This document shows positions 1 through 9,922 of a stretch of 38,920 bases of DNA, one piece after another. Numbering within the stretch: position 1 is the stretch's first letter; each line of letters opens with the position of its first letter. This DNA comes from an uncultured Methanosarcinales archaeon (GTDB taxonomy: Archaea > Halobacteriota > Methanosarcinia > Methanosarcinales > Methanosarcinaceae). The stretch lies in the NCBI GenBank assembly GCA_964435275.1, contig CAYSZA010000001.1, positions 1-38,920 on the forward strand, written 5' to 3'. Under the pieces are notes generated by a model. That model saw nothing but the letters and a program-made list of their open reading frames with translations. It was not told the DNA's origin and did not search any database. A program made the position numbers and the translations under genes.

Positions 1-106
1 AAGGAATAAATCTCGGAGTGGAAAGAAAACAAATCAGAACAGGAAGGGATGGAGAATATTCTAGAAGATCTTCTTCAGGGAATTTTTTAATGTAAAAAAC
101 TCTGAA

Positions 107-174
107 TACGTAAAACACTTAGGTACGTAAAATACTTTGGTATGTAAAATCTTTAAATATACAAAATATTTTGA
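107..174. repeat. 17-bp degenerate tandem repeat, 4 copies
   Basis: tacgtaaaacacttagg / tacgtaaaatactttgg / tatgtaaaatctttaaa / tatacaaaatattttga, starting at 107, 124, 141 and 158. Confidence 0.75.
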
Positions 175-240
175 GTGAAGACTGCTTTGGAGTTATCTAA
201 ACTTTCTAAGCCCTTAAGTTTTATAAGATTCTATCAAGAG

Positions 241-299
241 CTCTGTCTAAACTCTATTATAAACTCTAAATCTCTGTCAAAACTCTATTATAAACTCTA
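241..299. repeat. 28-bp direct repeat, 2 copies, period 31
   Basis: ctctgtc(t/a)aaactctattataaactcta at 241 and 272. Confidence 0.85.
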
Positions 300-520
300 T
301 TATTCATAGGATTTCAGCTCAACATAAGTCCGATTTTATCTTAATTTTTTTTATTCTTTTAATTTAGGTAAAGAAATTAAAAATTTTCATAACTTCTTCC
401 ATACGAAAAGAAGGATTTTAATTTAACCTCCACTGGTTCTGGAATCTACAATATTTTATTTGAAATACGCTATGTCTTTTGATGTTGCTTTTCTTTCTAT
501 CTATTTAAGGTGAAAACCAT

Positions 521-541
521 TTCCAGTGGAAGTAAACGGGT
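521..541 (+). promoter_or_regulatory. ORB-like Orc1/Cdc6 binding box
   Basis: TTCCAGTGGAAGTAAACGGGT resembles the archaeal ORB consensus (TCCAGTGGAAA-N-AAGGGG) and lies upstream of cdc6. Confidence 0.7.
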
Positions 542-907
542 CTTCACCATAACAATTAATACGGTGTACTTCCATTGCATCTACTGCAAAGAAAGATTGA
601 AACTACCTGTTTATATACCAGTTTCAGCTAAAATTTTGACTAAAGAAGATTCGGAATGTAGGTTTTTATCCGGGTTTATGAGGTGTCTTGACACATAAGA
701 CTTGCCCGCCATTTTGCCCGCGATTTTAGAGGCATTAGTAGAAAATGAGAGTTTCAGGCATTAACTATAAGAAACATGTATCTTCTATCCCTTTCTCCTC
801 ATGAGCAGGATTCACAGGGTTTTTCATAAAAGTGCAAGAATAATGAAGTAAAATTCCAGAGATCTTAAAGTAAACTTTAGTTTCAGATTTCAGGAACTAA
901 GAGCCTG

Positions 908-1011
908 GAAATAAGAATTCACATTAAAGAAATAAGAGTTTGCGTTAAAAAATAAGAGTTTGCATCAAGGAAATAAGAGTTTGCATTAATGAAATAAAGG
1001 TTTGCACTAAA
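908..1011. repeat. ~21-bp tandem repeat, 5 copies
   Basis: gaaataagagtttgcattaa(n) variants abut one another without spacers. Confidence 0.85.
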
Positions 1012-1089
1012 AGTTCACCTCTATCCAAACATCCCCGCTCGGGAATTCCATTTACAACGTTATAAAACTCCTTGAAAACTATCAAAATG

Positions 1090-1162
1090 TTATTTGAAAT
1101 TATTAAAGCAATTATTTGAAATTATTAAAGCAATTATTTGAAATTATTAAAACAATTGTTTG
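1090..1162. repeat. 22-bp AT-rich tandem repeat, about 3.3 copies
   Basis: ttatttgaaattattaaagcaa starting at 1090, 1112 and 1134. Confidence 0.9.
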
Positions 1163-1552
1163 AGAATCATTCAACGGATATTGTAATATTAAACGAAGTC
1201 TGTTTAACAGTTGTGGTTACAGTTATCAAAAACATTCAATAGGAAAATCTCAAACGGTAACTCTGAAAACACAAAATGTCCAATAATCCTGGATTCGGAG
1301 AATTAAAAATTAACCGCAGCATGTAAGGCCTGTAAGAGATCTTACTGATTTCGGCAGCAGTAAAACGCAAAATGTGGTTAAATACTGTTAAAGATTCTAA
1401 AACTGAAGTTTAAAAACACATTAAAAAGTTCCCAAAAACTTATTGCGTAAATAAAGTTTCAATTATCTGATAAGGTTCAATTAGTATGGCCCATTCCAGA
1501 TTATAAAAATAAAAACGAATGTAATTCGAAGAAAAAACAACACAGTTTTATC

Positions 1553-1609
1553 ACTGTATTAATTAATTGTATATATTAGTATTACTGTATTAATTAATTG
1601 CATATATTA
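1553..1609. repeat. 26-bp AT-rich direct repeat, 2 copies, in the cdc6 promoter region
   Basis: actgtattaattaattg(t/c)atatatta at 1553 and 1584. Confidence 0.85.
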
Positions 1610-1686
1610 ATTATCAGCGTTAAAATTGTATCAATTGTCTTAATTCCTTCATGTTTGATATTATCAACTTTTATAGAGGGTCACTC

Positions 1687-2931
1687 ATGATAAAAGCTCA
1701 ATCATTAGACGGCTTATTCGAAAAATTACTTGACGGAAAATCAATTTTCAAAAACAAAGAAGTACTTCGGCCTTCTTATACGCCTGACCTTTTGCTGCAC
1801 AGGAATGAACAGATTAATAGTCTTGCGACAATCCTGGTTTCCGCACTCCGAGGAGAGACTCCTTCCAATGTACTGATTTATGGAAAAACAGGAACAGGAA
1901 AAACTGCGGTTACCCGATATGTTGGAAAAGAACTTGAAAGGGTAAGCGAAGACAAATCACTTTTCTGCTCAGTTGTTTATATTAACTGTGAAGTGATCGA
2001 TACTCAGTACCGGCTCCTTGCAAATCTTGCCAGACATTTCGAAGAAGAAGTTCCTATGACCGGGTGGCCTACTGACCAGGTCTTCATGAAATTTAAGGAA
2101 GCAATTGATTCCAGAGAGCAGGTCATTATCATAATTCTGGATGAAATTGATAAGCTGATCAAAAAAGGTGACGATGTTCTTTATAACCTCTCAAGAATCA
2201 ATACAGACCTGCGAAGAGCCAAAGTCAGTATGATCGGCGTTTCAAACGATCTGAAGTTCACCGAGTTTCTGGACCCCAGGGTCAAAAGTTCCCTGGGTGA
2301 AGAAGAACTGATTTTCCCGCCTTATGATGCTGAACAGATCAGCGATATCCTGAAACAAAGGGCAAAAATGGCTTACACCGATGGTGTCCTCGGTGAGATG
2401 GTAATCCCCTTATGCGCTGCTTTTGCAGCCCAGGAGCACGGTGACGCCAGGCGGGCACTTGACCTCCTTCGAGTTTCAGGAGAAATTGCAGAAAGGGAAA
2501 ATCAGCCCCAGGTTCTTGAAGAACATGTAAGGCGCGCTCAAGAAAAAATCGAAATTGACCGCGTGGTCGAAGTGGTAAGGACTCTCCCCACCCAGTCAAA
2601 GCTCGTACTCTACAGTATAATTCTTCTGCGAAACCGGGGCAGAGAAGGAAAGAATGTCACAACAGGCGAAATGTACAATGTCTACCGCCAGCTCTGCCAT
2701 CACATTGATGTAGATATCCTTACGCAGCGAAGGGTTACAGATCTCATGTCCGAACTTGATATGCTGGGCATAGTCAATGCAGTGGTCGTAAGCAAAGGCC
2801 GTTACGGCCGAACGAAAGAGATTTCCCTGAGTGTTCCAGTAGAAAATACCCGCAAGGTACTTCTTGAAGACTACAGGCTCAAACCCCTGGTAGATTTTAA
2901 GACTTCAGTTTTCAACAAGATGTTTTCATGA
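1687..2931 (+). CDS. cdc6: Orc1/Cdc6 replication initiator
   Basis: Walker A GKTGTGKT, Walker B IILDEID, GDARRALDLL, and winged-helix C-terminus (SKGRYGRT). ATG 1687 follows AGAGGG, so it is preferred over 1651. Confidence 0.97.
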   Translation: MIKAQSLDGLFEKLLDGKSIFKNKEVLRPSYTPDLLLHRNEQINSLATILVSALRGETPSNVLIYGKTGTGKTAVTRYVGKELERVSEDKSLFCSVVYINCEVIDTQYRLLANLARHFEEEVPMTGWPTDQVFMKFKEAIDSREQVIIIILDEIDKLIKKGDDVLYNLSRINTDLRRAKVSMIGVSNDLKFTEFLDPRVKSSLGEEELIFPPYDAEQISDILKQRAKMAYTDGVLGEMVIPLCAAFAAQEHGDARRALDLLRVSGEIAERENQPQVLEEHVRRAQEKIEIDRVVEVVRTLPTQSKLVLYSIILLRNRGREGKNVTTGEMYNVYRQLCHHIDVDILTQRRVTDLMSELDMLGIVNAVVVSKGRYGRTKEISLSVPVENTRKVLLEDYRLKPLVDFKTSVFNKMFS

Positions 2932-3020
2932 GGGCTAAAACCCTCACATTCTATTCTGTTTTTCTTTTAGTTCTTCTTGATTCTTTCCAACCTTCTTTAT
3001 TTTAGATATTTTTCAGTTTT
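2929..3020 (+). terminator. Putative cdc6 terminator
   Basis: TGAGGG-ctaaaa-CCCTCA hairpin (2929-2946) followed by oligo-T tracts. Confidence 0.45.
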
Positions 3021-3369
3021 TCCTGTTATTAGACTGTTCTTCCATTACCTGGGTGTCAATTTTGAGGAAATAATATATATGATCCTGCGATTTGACTAGA
3101 GTTATATTATATACGTGATTGAAGCAGGTACTCCGTTATTCAAGATAGTATTTCAGTTAGAATTCAAATTCAATCACGTTTGCGATTAAGATTTGGTGGA
3201 ACTCAGACTTCTATTGAGGTTTAATGATTTAAATAGTTCAAATTTGATGACTCAATAATCCAATGTATGACTCAATAATTCACAATGATTCAACGATTCA
3301 AGTTCCAATTCATATCTAGTAGCTTAATTAATAATTCAGGTCTAATAATTCAAATTTAAAGGGTAATTT

Positions 3370-3933
3370 TTGATGAAAATAATAGCATTCGTAGGTATGC
3401 CAGCGTCTGGAAAATCAGAAGCCGCCAGGATTGCTGCTGAGATGGGCATTCCCGTTATCAATATGGGTGACGTGATCCGTAAGGAAGTTTTGATACGGGG
3501 GCTTGAGCCCAATGACTCCAATACCGGAATGGTTGCAACACAGCTTCGCAAATGCGAGGGTATGGATGCAGTCGCCATACGCTGTATTTCTCAAATCAAG
3601 GAGGCCAGCTCTGACCTTGTCGTTGTAGATGGAGTGCGGGGAATTGCCGAAGTTGAATGTTTCAGGCGAGAGTTCGGAGAAGGCTTCATCCTGATTTCTA
3701 TTTACGCTCCTATTGAAATTCGCTTTGCGAGAATTCAGAAACGAGGCAGAAGCGATGACATGAACAGTATAGAAGGGCTTCGTCAGCGGGACGAACGAGA
3801 ACTCAGCTGGGGCATGGGAGACGCTATAGAGGCATCCAATGTTGAAATCGAGAATAATTTCACTCTGGAAACTTTCAAAAAGGATATTATTGAAGTTTTG
3901 GATAACTACTTAGGAAAAAGCCCAACAGAGTAA
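3370..3933 (+). CDS. UPF0200 P-loop kinase (archaeal dephospho-CoA kinase-like)
   Basis: GMPASGKS P-loop, MGDVIR, VVDGVRG and RGRSDD motifs. Confidence 0.85.
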   Translation: MMKIIAFVGMPASGKSEAARIAAEMGIPVINMGDVIRKEVLIRGLEPNDSNTGMVATQLRKCEGMDAVAIRCISQIKEASSDLVVVDGVRGIAEVECFRREFGEGFILISIYAPIEIRFARIQKRGRSDDMNSIEGLRQRDERELSWGMGDAIEASNVEIENNFTLETFKKDIIEVLDNYLGKSPTE

Positions 3934-3974
3934 ATTCTTGAAATAAACCACTTTAAACTTACTGGAGCGAATTT

Positions 3975-4454
3975 ATGATACGCGTTAAGGTTTCAGCAGC
4001 TATATATCCTACCGAAGACCCGGAAAAGGTTGTTAAAGCGATTTCATCCCTCTTTAATGATATTGAACTCAAGAAGGAGGCTATTGAGGCTGCAGGGCTT
4101 GAGACAGGAACTTCTCCTTCTTTTCTCCTTTCAGGAGAAGGAGGAATTGACATTCTGCAAACCCTCCATGGACTTATTCGCAGAGAAGAGATTATAGATA
4201 GTGTCCGTAACAAAGCCTTCAGTAAAGGCTTATCCAATGACGGGCTTTCGGTCCTCTTTTCGCTCAACAAGCAGGCTGCTTTTGTCGGAGTCGCAAGCGT
4301 TCCTGCCCAGGAAGAACCTCTAAGGTCTATTGAAGTCATTATCAGCGCTGACTCTCAGGAAGAAATGGAAAGACTTTTTGAATGGCTTTTACCCCTTACT
4401 GAAGAAGGAAAACCTGTAGTTGAAGTAGAAATTGACTATGTGGAAAGAAATTGA
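3975..4454 (+). CDS. UPF0201/DUF54 RNA-binding-fold protein
   Basis: YPTEDPEKV and LNKQAAFVG motifs; typically paired with UPF0200. Confidence 0.85.
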   Translation: MIRVKVSAAIYPTEDPEKVVKAISSLFNDIELKKEAIEAAGLETGTSPSFLLSGEGGIDILQTLHGLIRREEIIDSVRNKAFSKGLSNDGLSVLFSLNKQAAFVGVASVPAQEEPLRSIEVIISADSQEEMERLFEWLLPLTEEGKPVVEVEIDYVERN

Positions 4455-4760
4455 TGGGATTCTAGGTTTTAGTACCCTATAGCCTTTATATACCTTTTAA
4501 TTCTCTGTAGTTTTTTAATAGATCTTTATTGCTGCGTGTAGTCTCTTAATACTATTTAATATTTTGTAAATCTTCAATAACTTTAATACTCCATAAGAAC
4601 CGGGTTATCAACTGAATTATTTAGCTTAATTAGTTAATAACTCAGTTAATTAATTCATTTGATAACTCAGTTAAGTGACTAAGTTAATAACTCGGTTAAA
4701 TATATCTTAATTCGAATCCACAGATGTATATTAATAAATGAAAAGGAATGAATTTTCGTC

Positions 4761-5534
4761 ATGCAGTTGCACAGAATCAGCTATTCGTCGCGTGCAGTCG
4801 TTGAAGACCCTTTCAAATGGGCTTACACGCTCGAAGATCATGGGTATACCGGTTGGGAGATCGTACAGGAAGGATCTCAGTGCCTGAATAGCAAGAACAT
4901 CCAGAATTTGAAAAACATTAGTGAAACCACAGGCCTCGAACTAACTCTGCACCTGCCCTTCTCGGATATGAATCTGGCAGGTCTGAATAATTCAATCAGG
5001 GCAGAAGTCATCAGGCAGATGAAACATTACCTGACTCTCGCCTCTAACTATGTCAATCTAGCCGTAATACACCCTGGCTATCTCTCCCCTTATGGCGTGC
5101 AGGTTCCGCAAGAAGCTTACTTTACTAATCTTGCCTCTCTCCGGGAGATCTGTGACTTCGCAGCGGATTTCGGAATTCTAATAGCTGTTGAAAATATGCC
5201 CGACCTTCCTAAGATTTTCGGAAAATATCCTGACGAAATGCTTGAAATGCTTGAATCCATTGGAAGCCATAACGTAGGTTTCACCTTCGATGTCGGGCAC
5301 GCAAACACAGTTGGGCTTGTTGACGATTTTCTGGACCTCCTCACAGAGAAAATCTCTCATGTTCATATCCATGACAACATGGGTACAAAAGATGAACATC
5401 TCCCATTGGGAAAAGGTACAATAGATTGGAAGCTGGTCATGGAAAAGCTCTCGGATTATAAGGGAATTTTTGTTACCGAGATGAGTTCTGTAGAAGAAGG
5501 AATTGAGAGCCTTGAGTTTTTAAGGAATCTGTGA
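4761..5534 (+). CDS. Sugar phosphate isomerase/epimerase (AP endonuclease 2 TIM-barrel family)
   Basis: LHLPF, HPG, AVENMP, FDVGHA, HIHDN and DEHLPLG metal-binding motifs. Confidence 0.88.
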   Translation: MQLHRISYSSRAVVEDPFKWAYTLEDHGYTGWEIVQEGSQCLNSKNIQNLKNISETTGLELTLHLPFSDMNLAGLNNSIRAEVIRQMKHYLTLASNYVNLAVIHPGYLSPYGVQVPQEAYFTNLASLREICDFAADFGILIAVENMPDLPKIFGKYPDEMLEMLESIGSHNVGFTFDVGHANTVGLVDDFLDLLTEKISHVHIHDNMGTKDEHLPLGKGTIDWKLVMEKLSDYKGIFVTEMSSVEEGIESLEFLRNL

Positions 5535-5614
5535 TTTTTGGAATCTGTGATTTTTCAGATTTCAATTTCCTTTTTTCCATATTCTTCAGTTCTCTCATAT
5601 AATAATTTTCTGTC

Positions 5615-6163
5615 CTATAACTCTTTTTCTTTCAAGTATCTGGTCCAGTCGCCATGCTCGATTCTTTCAGATTCAGGCTTATCATCATAAACATAGATAA
5701 AGCCTCGAATTTTCTGCTCACCAATCTCAAGATCCACATACTCCCTGTGGTATCCTCCAAAAAGTTCCATATAATCGATTGATTTGCCGACTTCAAGCTG
5801 CTGTTTTCCTGAAAACCTGCGTACTTCAACTACAACACAGGAATCTTCCGATGGGTAAACGCCAGGGTAGGGACCAAGAGAGTAGAGAGCGTACCCTCTT
5901 ACTTTTGTTACGCCCAGAAACTCTGACCTGTTTTCTAGGTCGAAACGCCGGCTGTTATAAAGACCGTTTCTGAGGCTGCCATACAGAGCCATGACAAGCT
6001 CCTCACCTTCCGGCCTCTGGTAAGATCGTTGCCAGCAGATATTTCTATGAAAGACATTCCCATAAAGGGTTCTATCTCTCACTTTATCCTCCTTGTTTTC
6101 ACACGTGATTTTACTTTCTCTGTCTTCACATATGATTTCGTTTTCTTCTGGATCGTTTTCCAT
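5615..6163 (-). CDS. Gamma-glutamylcyclotransferase / AIG2-like protein
   Basis: LYGSLRNG, YPG, DYME..YHR and GDW motifs. The N-terminal start is uncertain. Confidence 0.8.
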   Translation of the reverse strand: MENDPEENEIICEDRESKITCENKEDKVRDRTLYGNVFHRNICWQRSYQRPEGEELVMALYGSLRNGLYNSRRFDLENRSEFLGVTKVRGYALYSLGPYPGVYPSEDSCVVVEVRRFSGKQQLEVGKSIDYMELFGGYHREYVDLEIGEQKIRGFIYVYDDKPESERIEHGDWTRYLKEKEL

Positions 6164-6186
6164 GCTATTCCCTTAAAGAATTTCTT

Positions 6187-7266
6187 TTAAGAAACTTGTT
6201 TCGAAAAGCCATATCCTGCAAATCGCTGTGGTAGGTCAAGATTTGCCAGCAGAAAACGGTCTTCCTTGCTGTAAGCTACTTTTTTGTTACCTGAGAGTTT
6301 CAGCACACAGGTACTGCCAGGCTTTACCTCTTTGACTTCCTGCCCATCAACCAGAATTTTCTCCACACGCACAGGTTCGGACTGCAGGCCGACAAAGAGA
6401 TGAAGCACACCTGCATTTTCAACTGCCCGCGTGAATCTCGAAATGGTACATTCAAGAGTATAGTCAGTACTTACGATTTCTTTGTCCGAGATGATAAATC
6501 CCCTTTCGATATCTTTGGCCTGCACATTTTTAAGGCGCATCCCTACTCTGGTGCCTGTAGGTGCACTCTCTATATCCACATCGTGACTCTGAATGGACCG
6601 GATTTCAATATCCCTATCCAGTGGAAATATTTTGGTCTTATCTTTATCTTTTGAGATTCCCTGCTTGACAACTCCAAGAACAACGCAACCTTTTCCAGTC
6701 ACGTTAAAGGCATGATCTATAAACACCCTTACAGGCAGGCTATTCAACTCAGCCTGTTCAGCTTCAATTTTTTCAGAGATCTCATTAATTCTGGCCTTGA
6801 GATCTTCCACTCCCTCAAAAGGATTTTTTGCCCCTTTGTTGGTATTCAGAGAAATGCATTCCCAGTCCTGAAGAGAAGTGCCTGTGGTCATCAGCTTTAT
6901 TTTCTTTTTCAGATCGTCGATCGCATGCATATGGGTACTGTCGGATTTTGTCAGGGCAATTATTCCATGCTTAAAGCCAAGCAGATCCAGGGCAACAATG
7001 CATTCTCCGGTATGAACACTTGCAGGATTATCCCTATTAAGGCCATCAGGAGGGATGCAGAGGATTGCCATATCCGAAATATTCAGTGCCGTAACCAGGG
7101 GTTTTAACGCTTTGGGATAGCCGTGAGGGTCCACAAAAACCATTTTCCGGCTCTCTTTATCGTTATTATACATCGTTATGTCGGAAGATGTCCCTTTTTT
7201 CCCGAGATTCGCTGCAAGGGAGGTTCTTCCACTCTTTTCCGTCCCGATAATTGCAAGATTTGTCAT
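6187..7266 (-). CDS. Archaeal SelB-like translational GTPase (EF-Tu/SelB/aIF2g family)
   Basis: Degenerate G1 GTEKSGRTS, G3 DPHG, G4 TKSD. EF-Tu domain II motifs FIDHAFNVTGKGCVVLG and IRSIQSH..GTRVGMRLK. Confidence 0.88.
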   Translation of the reverse strand: MTNLAIIGTEKSGRTSLAANLGKKGTSSDITMYNNDKESRKMVFVDPHGYPKALKPLVTALNISDMAILCIPPDGLNRDNPASVHTGECIVALDLLGFKHGIIALTKSDSTHMHAIDDLKKKIKLMTTGTSLQDWECISLNTNKGAKNPFEGVEDLKARINEISEKIEAEQAELNSLPVRVFIDHAFNVTGKGCVVLGVVKQGISKDKDKTKIFPLDRDIEIRSIQSHDVDIESAPTGTRVGMRLKNVQAKDIERGFIISDKEIVSTDYTLECTISRFTRAVENAGVLHLFVGLQSEPVRVEKILVDGQEVKEVKPGSTCVLKLSGNKKVAYSKEDRFLLANLDLPQRFAGYGFSKQVS

Positions 7267-7467
7267 ACTGGATCCCTCTTACTTCCTTCTAGTTACTGTA
7301 TTTAAAGATTTTTAATGTGGAATATTCTATATAGCTCTTAAACCTGGATGAGTTTTAATTCTGAAATCTGCATCTGGTATAATTATACTGTAATATATTT
7401 CTTTTCGAAAAGTCCTGAAAAGATTCCTGGAGATTAAAAACCCGAAAACAGTTCTTGCAGGGAAAGA

Positions 7468-8640
7468 TCACCAGGTTTCGCCCTGCAAGATTGCCTGAGT
7501 CTTATCGTTAGTACTTTTATTGATTTTTCTTATAATTACCAGATACTCTTCCCCGACGGGTTTAGGCTCTTCAAAAATTGCATCGATCCCAAGTCTTTTA
7601 AGATAATCTTCGAAATCAGCTGCTGTTTTTAAATCTCTTACCCTTATCCTTGCCTCTTCATACAGCCTCTGACCATTTTTTACACTTCTTATGGATTCCC
7701 TTAGGGGGCCCAGTATGCTCTCCCCAAGTTGCATGCAGCGTTTTTCAAACCCGGTCTCATCCTCATCCCATTCAACTGTCTGGAAGCCTTCTCTGACAAT
7801 TCGGGAAAGCATATAGTCTCTGCCGGTTTCATTATAAAACTTAAAGGCATGCCTGAGATCCGAGCAATTACTCTGGGATGAGGTATATTTTAACGGGGGA
7901 AGAACCATCTGGGGATCTTTGATTACGATTCCTTCATGCTCTATTTCTCCCAGTTTCCGGATAATTTCTCCTATTTCTTTAGCTGCGGTTTCCAGGGGCA
8001 TCTCATTGAAAAATTTGACCTGGAAAAAATCGTATTTTTCCAGGATTTCTTGCTTCCTATTTATCGAAAGAGGTTTGCCTGTATTTTTCTCCCTAATATC
8101 GAAGATATAAAATTCTACCGATTCCACACCATAGATCGCTTTTGGGACATAGGGATTATCAGGGCCTATCATTTCTCCATAGAGTACAAGTTCAGGGAAA
8201 TCGTCAAAGAATTTTAGGTTTAATTTCTCTTTTGCCTTTTGGGTCGTATAAGGGCAAATATATCCGCTTCTTGTGATTGCCAATATTTCTTCTTTTGCAA
8301 TTGCTATCCGGACATTGTATCCATTCATTTTTTCTTCAACTGCTACTTTTTCAAGGCCGTTGAAGTGCTTTTTAATTGTCGGATCCAGTACCATAGCTCT
8401 CCGGATTTTCGGGAAACCCATAATTATTTCGAAAGAACCGTCTTTCTCATAAAGCACTGTTCCTCGTTCGATATGGGAAATTTCCTTATCGAAACGAAGT
8501 AAATATTCATATTTTCCCCAGTTTCGGGCAAGGTAATTCTTCTCAAAAAGGTGCTGAACCCTTTCCCTGTTAAATCCCAGGAAACTGGCAAGCCGAGCTA
8601 CAAATTCAGGATCTATTTCCTCATTCCCCTCTCTATTCAT
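7468..8640 (-). CDS. ATP-dependent RNA ligase, Pab1020/Rnl3 family
   Basis: GFPKIRR, motif I EKMNGYN, LYGE, FYIFDI, EGIVIK and KYT. Confidence 0.92.
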   Translation of the reverse strand: MNREGNEEIDPEFVARLASFLGFNRERVQHLFEKNYLARNWGKYEYLLRFDKEISHIERGTVLYEKDGSFEIIMGFPKIRRAMVLDPTIKKHFNGLEKVAVEEKMNGYNVRIAIAKEEILAITRSGYICPYTTQKAKEKLNLKFFDDFPELVLYGEMIGPDNPYVPKAIYGVESVEFYIFDIREKNTGKPLSINRKQEILEKYDFFQVKFFNEMPLETAAKEIGEIIRKLGEIEHEGIVIKDPQMVLPPLKYTSSQSNCSDLRHAFKFYNETGRDYMLSRIVREGFQTVEWDEDETGFEKRCMQLGESILGPLRESIRSVKNGQRLYEEARIRVRDLKTAADFEDYLKRLGIDAIFEEPKPVGEEYLVIIRKINKSTNDKTQAILQGETW

Positions 8641-8855
8641 GTTTATTTATCTGTTCTCAGCCCTGAAATAAATTATCATTCTCAGACATATCTTCGGAAT
8701 ATCAGGCGTATCCCTGCAATTAACCTCTTCGCCAGGGAACAAACTGAGAGATGATTCAGTATATTAAAAATGTTTTTAAGTATTCGGTTTCTAATCTCTG
8801 TTATACTAAGCTTGCAAAAAAGGTTAAGCTTGTAAAAAAGGTTGGAGATTGTAAA

Positions 8856-9650
8856 ATGGCAGATGAAATCGACTACAAGATTATGGGCGACGATATGCAG
8901 ATCGTTGAAATCGAGCTTGATCCGGAAGAAGCTGTTCAAGCGGAAGCCGGGGCTATGGCATACATGGGATCCGGAATTGAGATGCAGACTAGCTTGGGTA
9001 ACGAAGGTGGTGGTTTTTTCGGAGGCCTTAAAAAAGGACTTAAAAGAGCCCTGACTGGAGAAAGCTTCTTCATTACAAGCTTTGTTCACAAAGGTTCCGG
9101 AAAAGGGCACGTAGCTTTTGCGGCTCCTTATCCGGGCAAGATTATTCCGATGGATCTCAAAAGTTTCGGAGGCGGTCTCCTCTGCCAGAAAGACTCATTT
9201 CTCTGTGCTGCTCGCGGAGTAGAAATTGAAGTAGCTTTCACCCGCAAGCTCGGAGCAGGGTTCTTTGGTGGCGAAGGTTTTATCCTGCAGAGGCTAAAGG
9301 GCGACGGTCTGGCTTTTCTCCATATTGGGGGCACAGTTATAAGAAAAGACCTGGCAGCTGGCGAGACTTATCGTGTCGACACAGGCTGTGTGGCGGCTTT
9401 CACCGAAAACGTAACTTATGACATAACCTGGTCAAGGAACTTTAAAAATGCTCTTTTCGGTGGTGAAGGAGTTGTTCTTGCAACCCTCACAGGCCCTGGC
9501 ACAGTATATATGCAAAGCCTGCCTTTCTCCCGCCTTGCTGACAGAATCTTTGCAGCCTCTGCCTTTGGTCGTAATAATAGGGACGAACAAAACGGCATTG
9601 CTGGGACCGGTATCCTGGGAGGCCTGATTGGTGGAGATAGATCGTTCTAA
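8856..9650 (+). CDS. TIGR00266/AIM24 family protein
   Basis: AEAGAM, GESFF, FFGGEGF and VDTGCV motifs. ATG 8856 has GGAG upstream. Confidence 0.9.
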   Translation: MADEIDYKIMGDDMQIVEIELDPEEAVQAEAGAMAYMGSGIEMQTSLGNEGGGFFGGLKKGLKRALTGESFFITSFVHKGSGKGHVAFAAPYPGKIIPMDLKSFGGGLLCQKDSFLCAARGVEIEVAFTRKLGAGFFGGEGFILQRLKGDGLAFLHIGGTVIRKDLAAGETYRVDTGCVAAFTENVTYDITWSRNFKNALFGGEGVVLATLTGPGTVYMQSLPFSRLADRIFAASAFGRNNRDEQNGIAGTGILGGLIGGDRSF

Positions 9651-9811
9651 AAAAAGAAAGCCGTTCTAAAACAAAAAGTCGCTCTAAAATTGGCAACTCT
9701 TGCAAAATACGATGTTATAAAGCAGAACTCGTTTTAGGACAGAACTTGTTCTAAAATAGAATTCTTTTTAGAAGCGAGAAATCAGTCAAGAGAAAAATTC
9801 AGAAATTCAAA

Positions 9812-9838
9812 AAGGCCTGTTCTTTCGGGACAGGCCTT
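9812..9838. terminator. Hairpin between convergent genes, candidate terminator
   Basis: AAGGCCTGTTC-tttcg-GGACAGGCCTT, an 11-bp stem with one G-T pair. Confidence 0.6.
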
Positions 9839-9922
9839 ATCTTAATGATCTGTTTAGTATTTCTAAGTCAAGTTTTTTCGGATCAGTCAAGTTTTATCGG
9901 TTTCTTTCCTCTGGATTCGAAC

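Larger units (their letters stand above)
90..1640. other. cdc6-proximal AT-rich intergenic region, candidate replication-origin region
   Basis: About 1.55 kb with no credible ORF directly upstream of cdc6/orc1. Very AT-rich, with several tandem repeats and one ORB-like box at 521-541. Confidence 0.6.

Noticed and set aside
1..90. 3' end of an upstream gene
   Set aside because: Purine-rich and coding-like, but too short to assign a frame or product.
510..698. 62-aa ORF in the origin region
   Set aside because: No recognisable motif and it overlaps the ORB box; probably spurious.
908..1162. Repeat arrays as a CRISPR
   Set aside because: The units are directly adjacent with no unique spacers, and there are no cas genes.
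5560..5617. Pyrrolysine read-through at TAG stops (GGCT gene; also the Fe-S gene at 31792-31794)
   Set aside because: Both proteins are complete at the TAG. Read-through would add only about 17 and 4 unremarkable residues.
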